From Octopus sinensis (Eukaryota): a DNA stretch of 64,000 bases. The notes beneath the pieces were generated by a model. The model made no database searches and had not been told where the DNA came from. It was given only the letters and a program-made list of their open reading frames with translations. The stretch covers positions 27,367-91,366 of the forward strand of contig NW_021836156.1 in NCBI RefSeq assembly GCF_006345805.1, given 5' to 3'. Shown piece after piece: positions 40,105 to 53,884 of this stretch (position 1 is the first letter of the stretch; each line of letters starts with the position of its first letter). A program made the translations under genes and the position numbers.

Positions 40105-40154
<50 letters not shown>

Positions 40155-41182
40155 ACATCGCATCCGACATATGTCAGACTGAAAATTCTTGTAGTGTACG
40201 ACATACTGGTGGTAGTAAGAGGAGATTGGTGAAAAGGAGTTGGAGAAAGAGATGGGGATGGGAAAAGAAAGAGATGCATAGTATAAAAGAAGGTAGATGT
40301 GGAAGCTCAGATTGATGCGGCAGAGGGGAGAGCAAGGGAAAAGAGAGAGAGATAATCCCTGTGGGGTTTGATCCGCCCATAATGTGTCGGGATAAGTGTT
40401 TGCGAGTGGATTTTTGGCAATTAGGAGATGTGAAGGAGCACACGGTTTCGTTCATACGTTGTGTAGGTCCACAGGGAACATGGGTTAAGTTAGGGAAGGG
40501 AGAAACAAAATAAATGGGAGAGCGATGATGAAGGAAGATAGAAAGAAAGAAAGAAAGAGAGGAGGAAAGAGTGAAAGAAAGAAAGAAAGAAAGAAGAGAA
40601 AAAGAATGATAGAAGGAAAGAAAGAGGTAAGGAAGACAGAAAGAAAGAAAGAGAGGAGGAAAGAGTGAAAGAAAGAAAGAAGGAAGAAAAAAAGAAGGAT
40701 AGAAGGAAAGAAAGAGGTATAGGAAGAGACGGAGGGAACGAGTTTGAAAAAGTGATAACTAAGGAGAAAGAAAGAAAGAAATTAAAAAGAAAGAAGGAAA
40801 GAAGGAGAGAGAGAGGGAGAGGAAGTACGAGAGGGAGAGCAGTAGAAAGGGGGAGAGAAGGGAACTGGAGACAAAGAAAGAATGAAAGGGAGAGAGATGG
40901 GGGAAAGTCAAAGTTGTCAGCCATTATCGCGGAGGGATGTGTTGTAGATAATTTATTATTTTATTATAATTATTGAAATGGTTGGGGGTGGGGGGGTGGA
41001 ACCAGATGGACGAGGGACAGGAACGGATGCTTGATAGCAGAATCGGTAGAGCACTAGAGTAGTGGTATCTAGTTACATCTATGTTTTTCCTTTATCTACT
41101 TTTTTTTTTGGTTTTAATATCTATGTAGGTTCGAATCCTAACTGTCATATTTATATTATTTTATTTTTTACTGAACTCTTTT

Positions 41183-41362
41183 ACTCTTTTGCTCTTTTAT
41201 TTGCTTCAGTCATTTGACTGCGGCCATGCTGGAGCACCGCCTTTAGCCGAAGAAATCAACCGCAGGACTTATTCTTTGTAAGCCTAGTACTTATTCTATC
41301 CGCCCCTTGCGCCGAACCGCTAAGTGACGGGGACGTAAACACACCAGCATCGGTTGTCAAGC
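41183..41362 (-). mobile_element. SINE family A, 3' half
   Basis: Reverse complement of the tail and 3' domain. Confidence 0.85.
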
Positions 41363-41899
41363 GGACTTGGGCCTCGGAGGATAACTTTCTAGGTGCAATC
41401 CCATGGTCAATCATGAAGGGGTCTTTATTCTTTACCCTTTAATATGAGAGATTAAAAGAAAAGTTCCAGGATATCATCACAAAACTCGCTTTTCATTGCT
41501 ATATTGTAAATATCATTGCAATTTGTATATTTTGAATCTTGAATATGATTGGTTTGGCAGAATTATTACTGCGTCGAACAAAATGTCAATGTATCTTGTT
41601 TACGGTTAATCGTGTTATATCCAGAGTACAAATTATTCCGAAAGCAGTTTGTCTTTCGCCCTTCCTTGTTCGATAAAGTGCTGATCAGGTACTAAAGCCG
41701 AATTAATCGACTGAATCTCGTCTCTCCAAGGTTTCCAACACTACGAGCTGAAAATCTTCGGATGAGAATTCCGGTCGAATTTTCTTAGTATTATGGCACG
41801 TTTTAATGTTGCATGAGACTAAATTACAATGGGCACGATGGTGTTCCTATAATAAGTGACCCCTGCGACCCCATTATCAGAAATTAATAGCTTTGAAAA

Positions 41900-43159
41900 T
41901 CATTGTCTGCTGACAGAGAACAAAAGAAGGAAACTCTAAACCTATAAGCATTGTATTAGGTTATTCGGAAAACACTGGCCGATGTTTCGAAAACATTTTT
42001 TCAAATTCGATTTAAGATATTACCTGTACTCCGCGAAAATCTCAACGATACTATGCAGTGAAAAGATTAGAAAACGACAACATTCCCACAAAAAGCCAAC
42101 TTGGAAAGAGCGTATTCAACACCAAATTCAGCTAATTAGGTCTGACATAGAATGTTTAAAAAGCCTTAAGTTTGACAAGGTTATCAAACCAACAAAAATC
42201 CTAATATTAAAGAAATGATATGTGAAAACCATACTTGACATCGATACCACCATAGAAACACTATCAAGCAAAAGGTATGTGCTAAAGCAGCCCGCATAGC
42301 AAGGTAAGACAAATGCGTTTTATTTTTCAAGGACAAGAACATGTTCAAAATGAGCCCCAACATCTTTTACAGGAAGATGGGGAAAATAGCAGTTACAGCA
42401 AAGTCTGTCCCACCAGAAGAATTGCAGGAATTTTGGAATAAAATTTGGGCAGAAGAAAAACACACAATAAAAGGCCCCTTGGATTGATAGAATATTTACT
42501 GACCTAGACTCCTTAGAGGAGCAAAAGTTGGAGGGTGTCAAGATAGAGGATGCAAGATCTGCTCTCAGGAAGTAAAAAATAAAAAATGGAAGTCTCCAGG
42601 AAAGGATAATTCCTAACTTCTGGTTGAATGCCCCTCTAGAGAGTTCTGAACTATTAATAGAACTTTACAACAATGTTTTGCAACAACCTAGTATAATTCC
42701 CGCTTGGCTAGTTAATGGTGTTACATTCCTACTTCGAAAAATGAAGAAACAAAAGAACCTAAATATCATAGACCCATAATCTCCTTAACAACAATGTATA
42801 AAATACTGACATCTGTCTTGACTGAATATACCTATAGCTTTTTAATAGAAAGTGGCATATTTCCAAATGTGCAAAAAGAATGTAAATGTGGGTCCTATGG
42901 TTGTAAAGATCAGCTACTCGTCAATAAGATGATCTTGGAAGGTTGTCACAAACGACACAAAAACTTGTCGATAGCCGGGATAGGCTATAAAAGCTTTTGA
43001 TAGTCTTACCACATTACAGGATTAAGAAATGTCTGGAAATGTATAAAATAGCACCTACTCTGCGAAACTCTAATTCTGCAAACGTTTGACTTGTCTCTTG
43101 AAGTCTCTGGATGAAACTTGGAGTCAACTTGTGCAAATACAAAGTAAAAGTCAAACATA

Positions 43160-43160
<1 letters not shown>
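41900..43160 (+). mobile_element. Decayed R4/Dong-clade non-LTR retrotransposon, RT region
   Basis: Fragments KKPTWKERI, WKSPG..IPNFWL, RPI..LTTMYKILTSVL, QKECKCGSYGCKDQLLVNKMILE, YK.FDSL.H; abuts an (AAT)n/(GAT)n expansion. Confidence 0.8.
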
Positions 43161-43540
<380 letters not shown>

Positions 43541-43859
43541 AATCATAAATTGTGAAACTTGAAAATCCCGCCAAATTGGAAACTTGGCAAATGAAGAAAA
43601 CCAGTGAATCAAGAGAAAAAAAAAAATACTACAAAAATAACAAAACGCAATATCCGTTTCCAAAAACCAATTTTAGATACAGTATGTTTCCAAATATTGT
43701 ACAGATGGCGGGGCTGGTTTGTAATATAGAGTTCCGTTCCTTTAGGTTCTGACTAACTTCAAAACCAAGAAAACCAAAAAACTGAGTGATCGAATTCCCT
43801 TTTATTTTGTATGTACTCATAAGGGTACTCAGTTTTAAAGATATAAATATTCTTTTAAT

Positions 43860-44578
43860 CTTTTATTCTTTTATTTGACTGCAGCCATGCTGGAGCACCG
43901 CCTTTAGTCCCTGTTCTTTGTAAGCCTAATACTTAATCTATCGGTCTCTTTTGCCAAGCCGGTAAGTTAATAGGACATAAACACACAAACATCGGTTGTC
44001 AAGCAATGGTGCCAAGGGCAAACACACACACACACACATATATATATACATATATCCGTTTACCAAATCCACTTACAAGTCTTTCTTTGGTCCGAGGCTA
44101 TAGTAGAAGACACTTGACCAAGGTGCCATGCAGTGGGACCGAACCCCGATCTATGTGGCTGGTAAGCAAGCTACTTACCACACAGCCATTTCTGCAACAT
44201 ACTCTTTTAATTGTTTCAGTCATTTGACTGCGGCCATGATGGAGCACCGCCTTTAGTCGAGCAAATCGACCCCAGGACTTATTCTTTGTAAGACTAGTAC
44301 TTATTCTATCGTTCTCTTTTTGCCGAACCGCTAAGTTACGGAGACGTAAATACACCAACATCGGTTGTCAAGCGATGGTAGGCAGGGAAAAAACATATAC
44401 ATTCACATACATATACATATATACGACAGGCTTCTTTCAGCTTCCGTCTAGCAAATCCACTCACAAGGCTTCGGTCGGCCCGAGGCTATAGTAGAAGACA
44501 CATGGCCAAGGTGCCATTCAGTGGGACTGATCCCGGAACCATGTGGTTGGTAAGCAAACTACTTACCACACAACCACG
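43860..44578 (-). mobile_element. Two tandem SINE family A copies (43860-44188, 44200-44578)
   Basis: Each has tail, core and head on the minus strand. Confidence 0.85.
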
Positions 44579-44824
44579 CATTCTGAGTTTTTAAAATTTA
44601 TCAGGTAAAATATACTGCAGCAATTCATTCTCAATACCCTTGACTTCCGGTACAAAATGAAAGTGACGTAGTCGGCCTGCGGTTTCGAGCTGGCAGACTC
44701 GTTAGCACTCCGGTCAAAGCAGTATTTCGTCGGTCTTTACGTTCTGAGTTCAAATTCCGCCGAGGTCGACGGCAACATTAGATAATGAAATTAAGGTTTC
44801 GTTATATATCTTTCGTTCCTTTTT

Positions 44825-45152
44825 GTTTTTTTTTTCCTGTTTTTCTTTTACTTGCTTCAATCATTGGGTCGCGGCCATGCCGCAGTACCCGCCTAGGGGG
44901 GTTAAATCGAATAAATCGATCAAAGAACTGATTTTTTGTTTTAAAGTCTGCTACTTCCTCTATTGGTTTATTTTTGCCTAACCGATAAGAGGATGTAAAC
45001 AAACGAACGTCAGTTGTTAAGCGGTGGAAGAGAACAATCACACACACACACACACACAGATATGTATACGATGGGCTTCCACACAGTTTCCATCTACAAA
45101 ATTCACTCACACGACTTTGTTCGGCCTTCTGTTATAGTAGCGAACACTCGCC
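44825..45152 (-). mobile_element. Old diverged SINE family A relative
   Basis: gcggccatgccgcagtacc...cagtttccatctacaaaattcactcac. Confidence 0.7.
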
Positions 45153-45775
45153 CGAGTTTTGGATATTAACATCATCAGCAGAAGCAGAACCTTCGACAAC
45201 AACTTCACCTCCATCATTACTTTAACCACCACCACCACCACCACCATTACTACTAACACCAGCACCTAAACAACAACAAAAACAACAAAAAGTACAACAA
45301 CCATTGTCATTAACTGCTTGTGACAACAACAAAACATCTCTACCATCAGCATCTCCACCACTGACTACCCCCTCAGCAACCACCACCGCCGCCGCCGCCG
45401 CCGCCACCTCCGACACCACACCACCACCACCACCACCACACCACCACCACCAACACCAACACCATCACCGCCACCGCTGCCGCCACCACTACCACCACCA
45501 ATACCACCGCCTGCCATCACTACCACCACGAAAAACTGCCCAATGACTACTACTACTGTGGCTACTTCGGTTGGTGGTGGTGGTGGCGCGGCTGCTACTG
45601 CTGCTGCTACAGAAATAGACTACCACCTCTGCTTTACGTCGGAAGTTGAATCCACACACCCCACCAAAATACAACACACCCTACTACAATTCTACCCTGA
45701 CATTTTCTAACCACCCCCACTACTCAAACTCCCACCTCATCCCATTATCATACATCCCGCCTGTCAATTTTCTCC

Positions 45776-45819
<44 letters not shown>

Positions 45820-46049
45820 ACATACGCATAGATAATACATACACATATATACATACATACATTCACACACAAACACACATATATTAATACATACATATAT
45901 ATACATATAGACACACATATATATATATGTATGTATGTGTATATACATACATACATACATATATATATATCTATATACACACAAATATATGTATATGTAT
46001 GCATGTGTATATATATATATATGTGTGTGTGTGTATATACACAAACATA

Positions 46050-46091
<42 letters not shown>

Positions 46092-46209
46092 TATATATGG
46101 ACGTGATTGGTATGTACGAACATATATATGATGTATATAAATATGTATATATATATATATATACAAATATATAGATATATATATGTATTTATGTATGTAT
46201 CTATATATA

Positions 46210-46251
<42 letters not shown>

Positions 46252-46356
46252 TATATAATTATATTATAGATACATACATAAATACATATATATATATATC
46301 TATATATTTGTATATTACAATATATAGATATATATATATATGTATTTATGTATGTA

Positions 46357-46399
<43 letters not shown>

Positions 46400-47929
46400 A
46401 TATATATATATAAAAGAACATGTCGATACAACGTACACACACAGGCACTCCATCTATTACTTCCAGATATTTCCTGTGATTTCTCTCCTTTTCTCTTTAT
46501 TTTACCAATTCTTCGATCTTCATCCTCTTTCTCTAATGTTACTCCAAAGCCTCTCACGTTCTGTGTAAGCGCATGTGTTGCGCGTGCGCGTGTGGGCGTG
46601 TGTGAGTGCGTGCTAAATCTTTGTGTATGAGTGGAAACGTGGCATGAAAACGTGCAAGGGTATCTATCTACTATCTATTTATCTATCTATCTATCTATGT
46701 ATCTATCTATCTATCTAATCTATCTATCTATCTATCTATCTATCAAATCTATGCTATCTAGCTTATCTATCTATATATCATCTATCTATCTATCTAGCTA
46801 TCTTATCATATCTATCTATTATCTATCTATTCTATATATCTATCTAGATCTCTCATCTATCTCTCGAGTATCTATCTATCTATCTATTATATCGACTACC
46901 TAGCGATCTATCTATCTAGCTATCTATCTATCTATCTATCTATCTATTATCTATCGAGCTATCGATCTATTTCTATTATCTATCTATCTATTCTATTCTA
47001 TCTATCTATCTATATCTATATATATATCTATGCTATCTATTATACTCTAGCTATCCTATCTCGATCTACTATCAGCTAGTTATTCTTTCTCTCTCCTTCT
47101 GCCTCCTCTCTCTCTCTCTCTCTCCTATTTATTATGTCTCCCTATCTATTTAGCCCATCTATCATCTAATCATCTATCTCATTTGCTTCCCCAAACATCA
47201 TTACAATCCCATTAACAGAGGCGAAAAACATCTACCTCCCACACCCCAGCCCCATCCCCTTCCTGCTCCACCACACCATCAACCATCCAACCCTCACCCC
47301 CAGCAAGCTCAGATACACCCCCTCCCTATCCTAAACGCCAACGTACAACACACCTCAACGTCGAAACCCTAACCCGCCCCGCTTAATAATACCCTTGTCA
47401 CCAAAAGCCGCCACCTACACCAACACCATCACCGCCACAACCACCACCACCACCTCATCACCAACGCCAACACCACCATCACTACCACTACAAGCACCAC
47501 CCCCTCATCACCAACACCAGTATCACCTCCTTATCCGACATTACTAATGTCATTTATTCCGCCTTTCAAAACCACCTTCCTTCACACATCACTCAGACTC
47601 CACCCACAACATACATCCCGATGTCCAGCCCCCAATTATCTTTCCATATAACTACGCCTTCAGCTAATTACCAATATACTCCCCCCTCTCTCTGTGTTTG
47701 AATTCTCCCTCTCATTGTCTTATTACAAAATTCACTCACACTATTACTCTTGCGTTTCTCCCTTCTCCTCCCTTTCTTTATAGTCCCTCCTACGTTTGAT
47801 ATAGACGGCTTTATAAACGTTACGTACTTAACACACGCACACATTAACATACACACACAAACGCATGGACAACACACACTCACACACACAAACGCACACA
47901 CACACACACTCGCGCGTGCGCACACACAC

Positions 47930-48617
47930 ACAACACACACACATGCACGGTTTGATAAGTGCCAGTGCACGAAACTCTTGGCCCTTGAGTCACTCAGTAA
48001 CTTCCGTCGATTTTTGATAATAATGATAATAATAATATCTATAAGTATGTGTGTGTGTATGTATATATATGTGTGTGGGTGTATGTATATATATGTGTGC
48101 GTCTGTGTGTGTGTATTCAAATCATGCTCATGATTTGACTGTGTGTTGCATCACCAAACACACACACACACACTCAAACACACACACATATACACACACA
48201 AACACACGCACATATACACACACAAACACACGCACATGCAAACACTCACAAATGCACATGCAAACACACACACACACACCACACACAACACACACACATG
48301 CACGGTTTGATAAGTGCCAGTGCACGAAACTCTTGGCCCTTGAGTCACTCAGTAACGTCCGTCGATTTTTGATAATAATGATAATAATAATATCTATAAG
48401 TATGTGTGGTGTATGTATTATATAGTGTGTGGGTTGTATGTATATATATGTGTGCGTGTGTGTTTGTATTTCAAATCATGCTCATGATTTGACTGTGTGT
48501 TGCATCACCAAACCACACACACACACCACTCAAAAACACACAACATATACACACACAAAACACGCACATATACACACACAAACACACGCACATATACACA
48601 CACAAACACACGCACAT

Positions 48618-48650
<33 letters not shown>
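47930..48650. repeat. Local tandem duplication, ~355-bp unit
   Basis: catgcacggtttgataagtgcc...tctataag at 47942 and 48297; caaatcatgctcatgatttgactg at 48118 and 48472. Confidence 0.85.
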
Positions 48651-48657
<7 letters not shown>

Positions 48658-48705
48658 ACACATACACAAAGAAAACACATACACAAACACGTTCACACGT
48701 ATTAC

Positions 48706-48754
<49 letters not shown>

Positions 48755-48937
48755 CGCATGTTTCTGTTACATACCTAATAATTGCTTGTATGTTTCTACG
48801 TCATGTATGTATGCACACACATATATATACACCTTTTGCACACATTATGAACACATACACAATGAATAATAAATGCAGCTATACTTTAATAAATGTTTTC
48901 TCACCTACGGAGATAAATTATTGTGTGTGCAAGTAAA

Positions 48938-48980
<43 letters not shown>

Positions 48981-49227
48981 ATACCTGTACATGTGTGTAG
49001 CATACTCATACACGTGGCCACATGCACATATCTAAAACCGTACACAACATATCCCATATACGGAGAACAGACGTGTGTATACACGCACACACGCACAAAC
49101 AATTACGCGCGCGCACACGTTTCTTCGGTCATACCGAAAAAAAATATACCCTCTAGCAGTGCTTCTCTGCATTTTCTCTACCAAGGTCCCTTTTATTTTT
49201 ATACATTTTCACATGGACTCAGGATAT

Positions 49228-49552
49228 TCTGTTTCTACTCTAGGCGCAAGGCCCGCAAATTTTGGGGGAGGGGGCCTGTCGATTAGATCGTCCCCAGTAC
49301 GCATCTGGTACTTAATTTATCAATACTGAAAGGCTGAAAGGCGAAGTCGACCTCGACGGAATTTGAACTCAGAACGTAAAGACAGACGAAATACCATCTC
49401 GACCGGCGTGCTAACGTTTCTGCCAGCTCGCCGCCTTTTATAAGTTATAATATTCTTTTCTACTCTAGGCACAAGGCCCGAAATTTCTGTGGAGGGGGCT
49501 AGTCGATTAGATCGATCTCAGTACGCAACTGGTACTGCCAACTCGCCGCCTT
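49228..49552 (-). mobile_element. Two family C-variant SINEs, the second internally deleted
   Basis: tctactctaggc.caaggccc...ctcgccgcctt twice. Confidence 0.8.
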
Positions 49553-49559
49553 ATGGTCC

Positions 49560-49715
49560 CCAGGATATTGAGAGATCTGTCAGCTAAACATGTTCACGGA
49601 ACCCCAAGTACTACGTTTGCGGACCACTTGGAGTCTGCACACCACCTGGAGTCTGCGGACCACCTGGAGTCTGCGGACCACCTGGAGTCTGCGGACCACA
49701 ATTTGGAAACCACTG
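49560..49715. mobile_element. hAT MITE right end containing an 18-bp tandem repeat
   Basis: About four copies of gcggaccacctggagtct (49619-49700); terminus tttggaaaccactg. Confidence 0.6.
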
Positions 49716-50107
49716 CTGTACAGCATACATCTGCATACACGCATATCAATGCGCACATTCGCGCATATCAATGCGCGCACCCTGGACATACATAGCTTCA
49801 AATGCGTACATCCATACACACATGCTTACATGCATACAGGGATACATACATACATATATAGGGAGAAATTATATATTTATGTACGATCCATTACTCACTC
49901 ACACATGCAAACAAAACGCATCGTACATACTTACGTAAGTACATAACACCTATAATACGCATATCCGCACAGTATGACACACTCCATTATACATGTAATC
50001 TAGAAATACTAATACATACGTACACTTAATTCTATCACACGCATACATGTATACACATATTCACGTCTACACACACATGCGTATGTACAAACACGCATAC
50101 ATGTATA

Positions 50108-50266
50108 CGCAGGCGTGGCTGTGTGGTAAGAAGCTGACTTCCCAACCACATGGTTCTGGGTTCAAGTCCCCTGCCTGGCACATTGGGCAAAGTGTCTTCT
50201 ACAATAGCCACGGGCCGACCAAAGCCTTCTGAGTGGATTTGTAGACGGAAACCGAAAGAAGCCCGT

Positions 50267-50311
<45 letters not shown>

Positions 50312-50312
50312 A

Positions 50313-50344
<32 letters not shown>

Positions 50345-50562
50345 ATGCGTGCGTGCGGTGTGTGTATGTGTGTGTGCATATGTTTGTGTATCTGTGTTGA
50401 CAACCGATGTTGGTTTGTTTATGTTCCCGTAACTTAGCGGTCGGCAAAAGAGACCGATAGGATAGGTGGTAGGCTTACAAAAAATAAGTTTTCGGGTCGA
50501 TTTGTTCGATTAAAGGCGGTGCACCAGCATGGCCACAGTAAAATGACTGAAACAAGTAAAAG
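50108..50562 (+). mobile_element. SINE family A, full length
   Basis: Head, core, microsatellite and tail present. Confidence 0.88.
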
Positions 50563-51094
50563 ATTATATATGTGTGTGTGTGTGTGTGTGTATATATATA
50601 ATATATATTATATATATATATAATATATGTATGCACGAACAAACATACACACACAATCGTACACATATATGGCATACACACATATGCTTGATACACATAC
50701 GACACACACACAGAAGCACGTTACACACATTGGACACACACACACACACAGATACATTATACACACACGACGCCCGTAGACACACTATTTATTACATACA
50801 AAGAAACAGTACTATACGCGCACACGCACACGCGCACGCAAGCACACACACACACATGCACACAGACCCACACATACACACACATATACATACACGCAAA
50901 CATACATATAAATTCAAGCAAAGACATGCATATATTCCTTAAAAGAAAAAGGAAAGAAAACAAAAACTTAGCATAAACCACACCTTTCATATTCCAGCAC
51001 GCCTACATGTCACTACACATGACATTTATTTTATTATAAGCACCGCCTACTTCCCTACGTCATGTTTCATCTCCACCCAGCAGTAGCAAATGAT

Positions 51095-51230
51095 AAATTA
51101 CAAATTGACTCACGTCGCCGCCCAATTTAGACTCCGCCCCTTCAGCTTTTCCACGTTTAATAATATATTACAAATCACAGTAACCGAGAGGCGTAGAAGA
51201 GAGGGAGGAAGACGAAAATGTCGGTAAAGC
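51095..51230 (+). promoter_or_regulatory. Possible Pol II promoter-like island
   Basis: Clustered TGACTCA, CCAAT and two CCGCCC motifs in non-repeat DNA, then a purine-rich stretch and aaaATGTCGgtaaag; motifs only. Confidence 0.25.
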
Positions 51231-51469
51231 CAAGATTGCGATACGGTTTCGATTCCCGTTGGAAATTAAAAAAATCATTATCTATACATTATATATGATT
51301 TAATGTCATCGAAAATGCCCGACAGTAACAGCAGCTGTTGGTGTTTTAAAGCCAAGATTGCGATACGGTTTCGATTCCCGTTGGAAATTTAAAAAATCAT
51401 TATCTATACATTATATATGATTTAATGTCATCGAAAATGCCCGACAGTAACAGCAGCTGTTGGTGTTTT
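51226..51469. repeat. Near-perfect 122-bp tandem duplication
   Basis: 51226-51347 versus 51348-51469, one visible mismatch. Confidence 0.9.
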
Positions 51470-51705
51470 AGCCATAAGTCATTCCAGATGGAACAAATTA
51501 TTATGGCTGGAGGCGGTCAAGTCGTAACCATCCAGAATTTTTTTTTATATTAGAAGTTGCAGCCTCTCTCTTGCTTTATTTTTGTTTTTTAAAAGTTCGC
51601 TTTCCAGCGAGATGGTATCGAGTTCGAACCTGCTGTGCGGCACGTTGGTCAAGTATCTTCTACTACATTGCACGAGGTGGATGGAAACTGAGTGTGTCAG
51701 TCTGT

Positions 51706-51737
<32 letters not shown>

Positions 51738-51956
51738 CAACGTCGTTTGGGTTTTAAACCTAGAGTTTGTTTTATTAAGCACGTCCACAGGTACCGGCTA
51801 TCAGATACTATATAAATATATGTATGCATGAGTGCGTGTGCTTGTGTGTTGTGTGTGTGTGTGTGTGTGCCTGTGTCTTTGTACTACAGCTTCTCAACCG
51901 GTGTTGCATTAAATTGTTTCTAACTTAGTAGTTCGGTAAATAAATATCGATGGAAT

Positions 51957-52194
51957 AACATTATTTACATTCGATGGATATTTGTCCTCATCTTGTTTGT
52001 TGTTAACACAACGTTTTGGCTGACATACGCTCCAGCCTTCATCAGGTGTCATGGGGAAATTTCGAACCTGGGTTCGAACCTAAGATATTTTTCGATGTTG
52101 TTGTTATTATTATCATTATTATTATTCATGTCAGTGCCTGGAATTGAACTCGTAATCTTGGGATTAGTAGCCCTCGCTCTTAACCACTACGCCA
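51957..52194 (-). mobile_element. tRNA-headed, hammerhead-containing short element, copy 1
   Basis: Minus strand: A-box tggcgtagtgg, B-box gagttcaattcc, (AAT)n, hammerhead, ...ggacaaatatcc.tc.aatgtaaa. Confidence 0.8.
52005..52050 (-). ncRNA. Minimal type I hammerhead motif with GAAA mutated to AAAA
   Basis: gacac CTGATGA a ggctg gagcgtatgt cagcc AAAA cg TT gtgtt. Confidence 0.7.
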
Positions 52195-52477
52195 TATACA
52201 CGTCAAATGTAAATAATGTAAATAATGTACATAATTCCTCATCTAATAGAATAAGTTTCAATCTTTAAAATTTACAATTGTCATCGATTCGGTTGACTAT
52301 AACCCCTCAAGGCGGTGCTGTAGCATAACCGCAATCCAATGACTGAAACACATAAAAGATTAAAGATAAAGAATAAAGAATTGTTAGGGGAAACAGAGCT
52401 GGCTGCTATTTTTAGCAAGTTTATTTCACCATGTAATAATCCCGTTGTAGGCTCAAAAAAGATATTCTTTTTGTACT

Positions 52478-53081
52478 TTTATTCTTCTACTCGTTTCAGT
52501 CATTTTGACTGCGGCCATGCTGGAGCACTGCTCCGAAGAGATTTTAGTGGAACTCATCGATCCAAAGGCTTATTTGTTTCAAAACCTAGAACTTATTCTA
52601 TCGGACTATTTTGCCGAACCGCTAAGTTACGGGGACATAAATACGCCAACACCGGCTGTCAAGCGTTTGTTGGGAAAAATACGCACCCACTCACACAGAC
52701 ATACACACACACATACACATATATACGATGAGTTTCTTTCAGTTTCCGTCTGCCAAATCCACTCACGAGGATTTGGTCGGCCCGAAACTGAACCAGGTAT
52801 CATATGTATTTCTTTATCACCCACAAGGAGCTAAACACAGAGAGGACAAACAAGGACAGACACACGGATTAAGTCGATTATATCGACCCCAGTGCGTAAC
52901 TGGTACCTAATTTATCGACCCTGAAAGGACGAAAGGCAAAGTCGACCTCGGCGGAATTTGAACTCAGAACGTAACGGCAGATGAAATACAGCTACGCATT
53001 TCGCCCGGCTTGCTAACGTTTCTGCCAGCCCCTTGTATCATATGGTTGGGGAGCAAACCCCTTACCACACAGCCACGCCTG
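52478..53081 (-). mobile_element. SINE family A interrupted by a family C copy (52807-53030)
   Basis: Colinear halves around the insert; flanking duplication gtatcatatg. Confidence 0.8.
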
Positions 53082-53395
53082 CTTAAGTCAGAATCGTGCT
53101 GGGAGTCACTTCCGCAGAGTATAAAGACTGTATAGGGAACATTTTATGTTAAGGTTTTTGATTTAATCGAGTTTCGTAAATTTCATATGCCATTTTTCCA
53201 TATGTAGAGTTGGTGTAACTTTCTTAAAAAAGACTATCACAAATAAGTAAAAACACTTCATGTTCTATATTAATGCTTCCCAACTTGGGGGTCTGCGAGG
53301 ATGATTCGGTTCTTGACTGAAGATTAGAGGCTTCGAAAGACCCGTCTGTGTTTTTTGTATCGTCTATTTGAATGTTTTGCGTTCTTGTCCCATTT

Positions 53396-53436
<41 letters not shown>

Positions 53437-53521
53437 GACAGGCTTCTTTCAGTTTCCGTCTACCAAATCCAATCAAAAAGCTTTGGTCGGCTCGAAGCTG
53501 TAGTAGAAGACATTTGCTCAA

Positions 53522-53662
53522 TATTATTCAGGTCACTGCCTGGAATCGAACTCGGAATCTGGCGGTTAGTAGCCCGCGCTCTTAACCACTACGCTCACGG
53601 GTAGTGATTAAAAGAGCAGGCAACTAACCCCAAGATTCCGAGTTCGATTCCAGGCAGCGACC

Positions 53663-53723
<61 letters not shown>

Positions 53724-53871
53724 TAATAATAATAACATCGAAAAATACCTTAGGAATGAGAAACCAGGTTCGAAATTTCCCCAAGACACCTGAAGAAGGC
53801 TGGAGGTTATGTCAGCCGAAACGTTGTGTTAACAACAAGGAAGAGGAGGACAAATATCCGTCAAATGTAAA
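53522..53871 (+). mobile_element. tRNA-headed, hammerhead-containing short element, copy 2, with an inverted extra head
   Basis: Minus-strand head 53522-53594 abuts plus-strand head 53598-53662, then (AAT)n, hammerhead and the same 3' end as copy 1. Confidence 0.82.
53785..53830 (+). ncRNA. Minimal type I hammerhead ribozyme
   Basis: gacac CTGAAGA a ggctg gaggttatgt cagcc GAAA cg TT gtgtt; intact core, ACGU palindromic mini stem III. Confidence 0.8.
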
Positions 53872-53884
53872 CGAGTGTAAACAA

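Noticed and set aside
49619-49700. 18-bp repeat as a CRISPR-like array
   Set aside because: Head-to-tail repeats with no unique spacers, inside a eukaryotic MITE.
53312-53355. CTGAAGA...GAAA gac cc gtc TG
   Set aside because: Cleavage position is G and stems I and II do not pair; at most a decayed relic.
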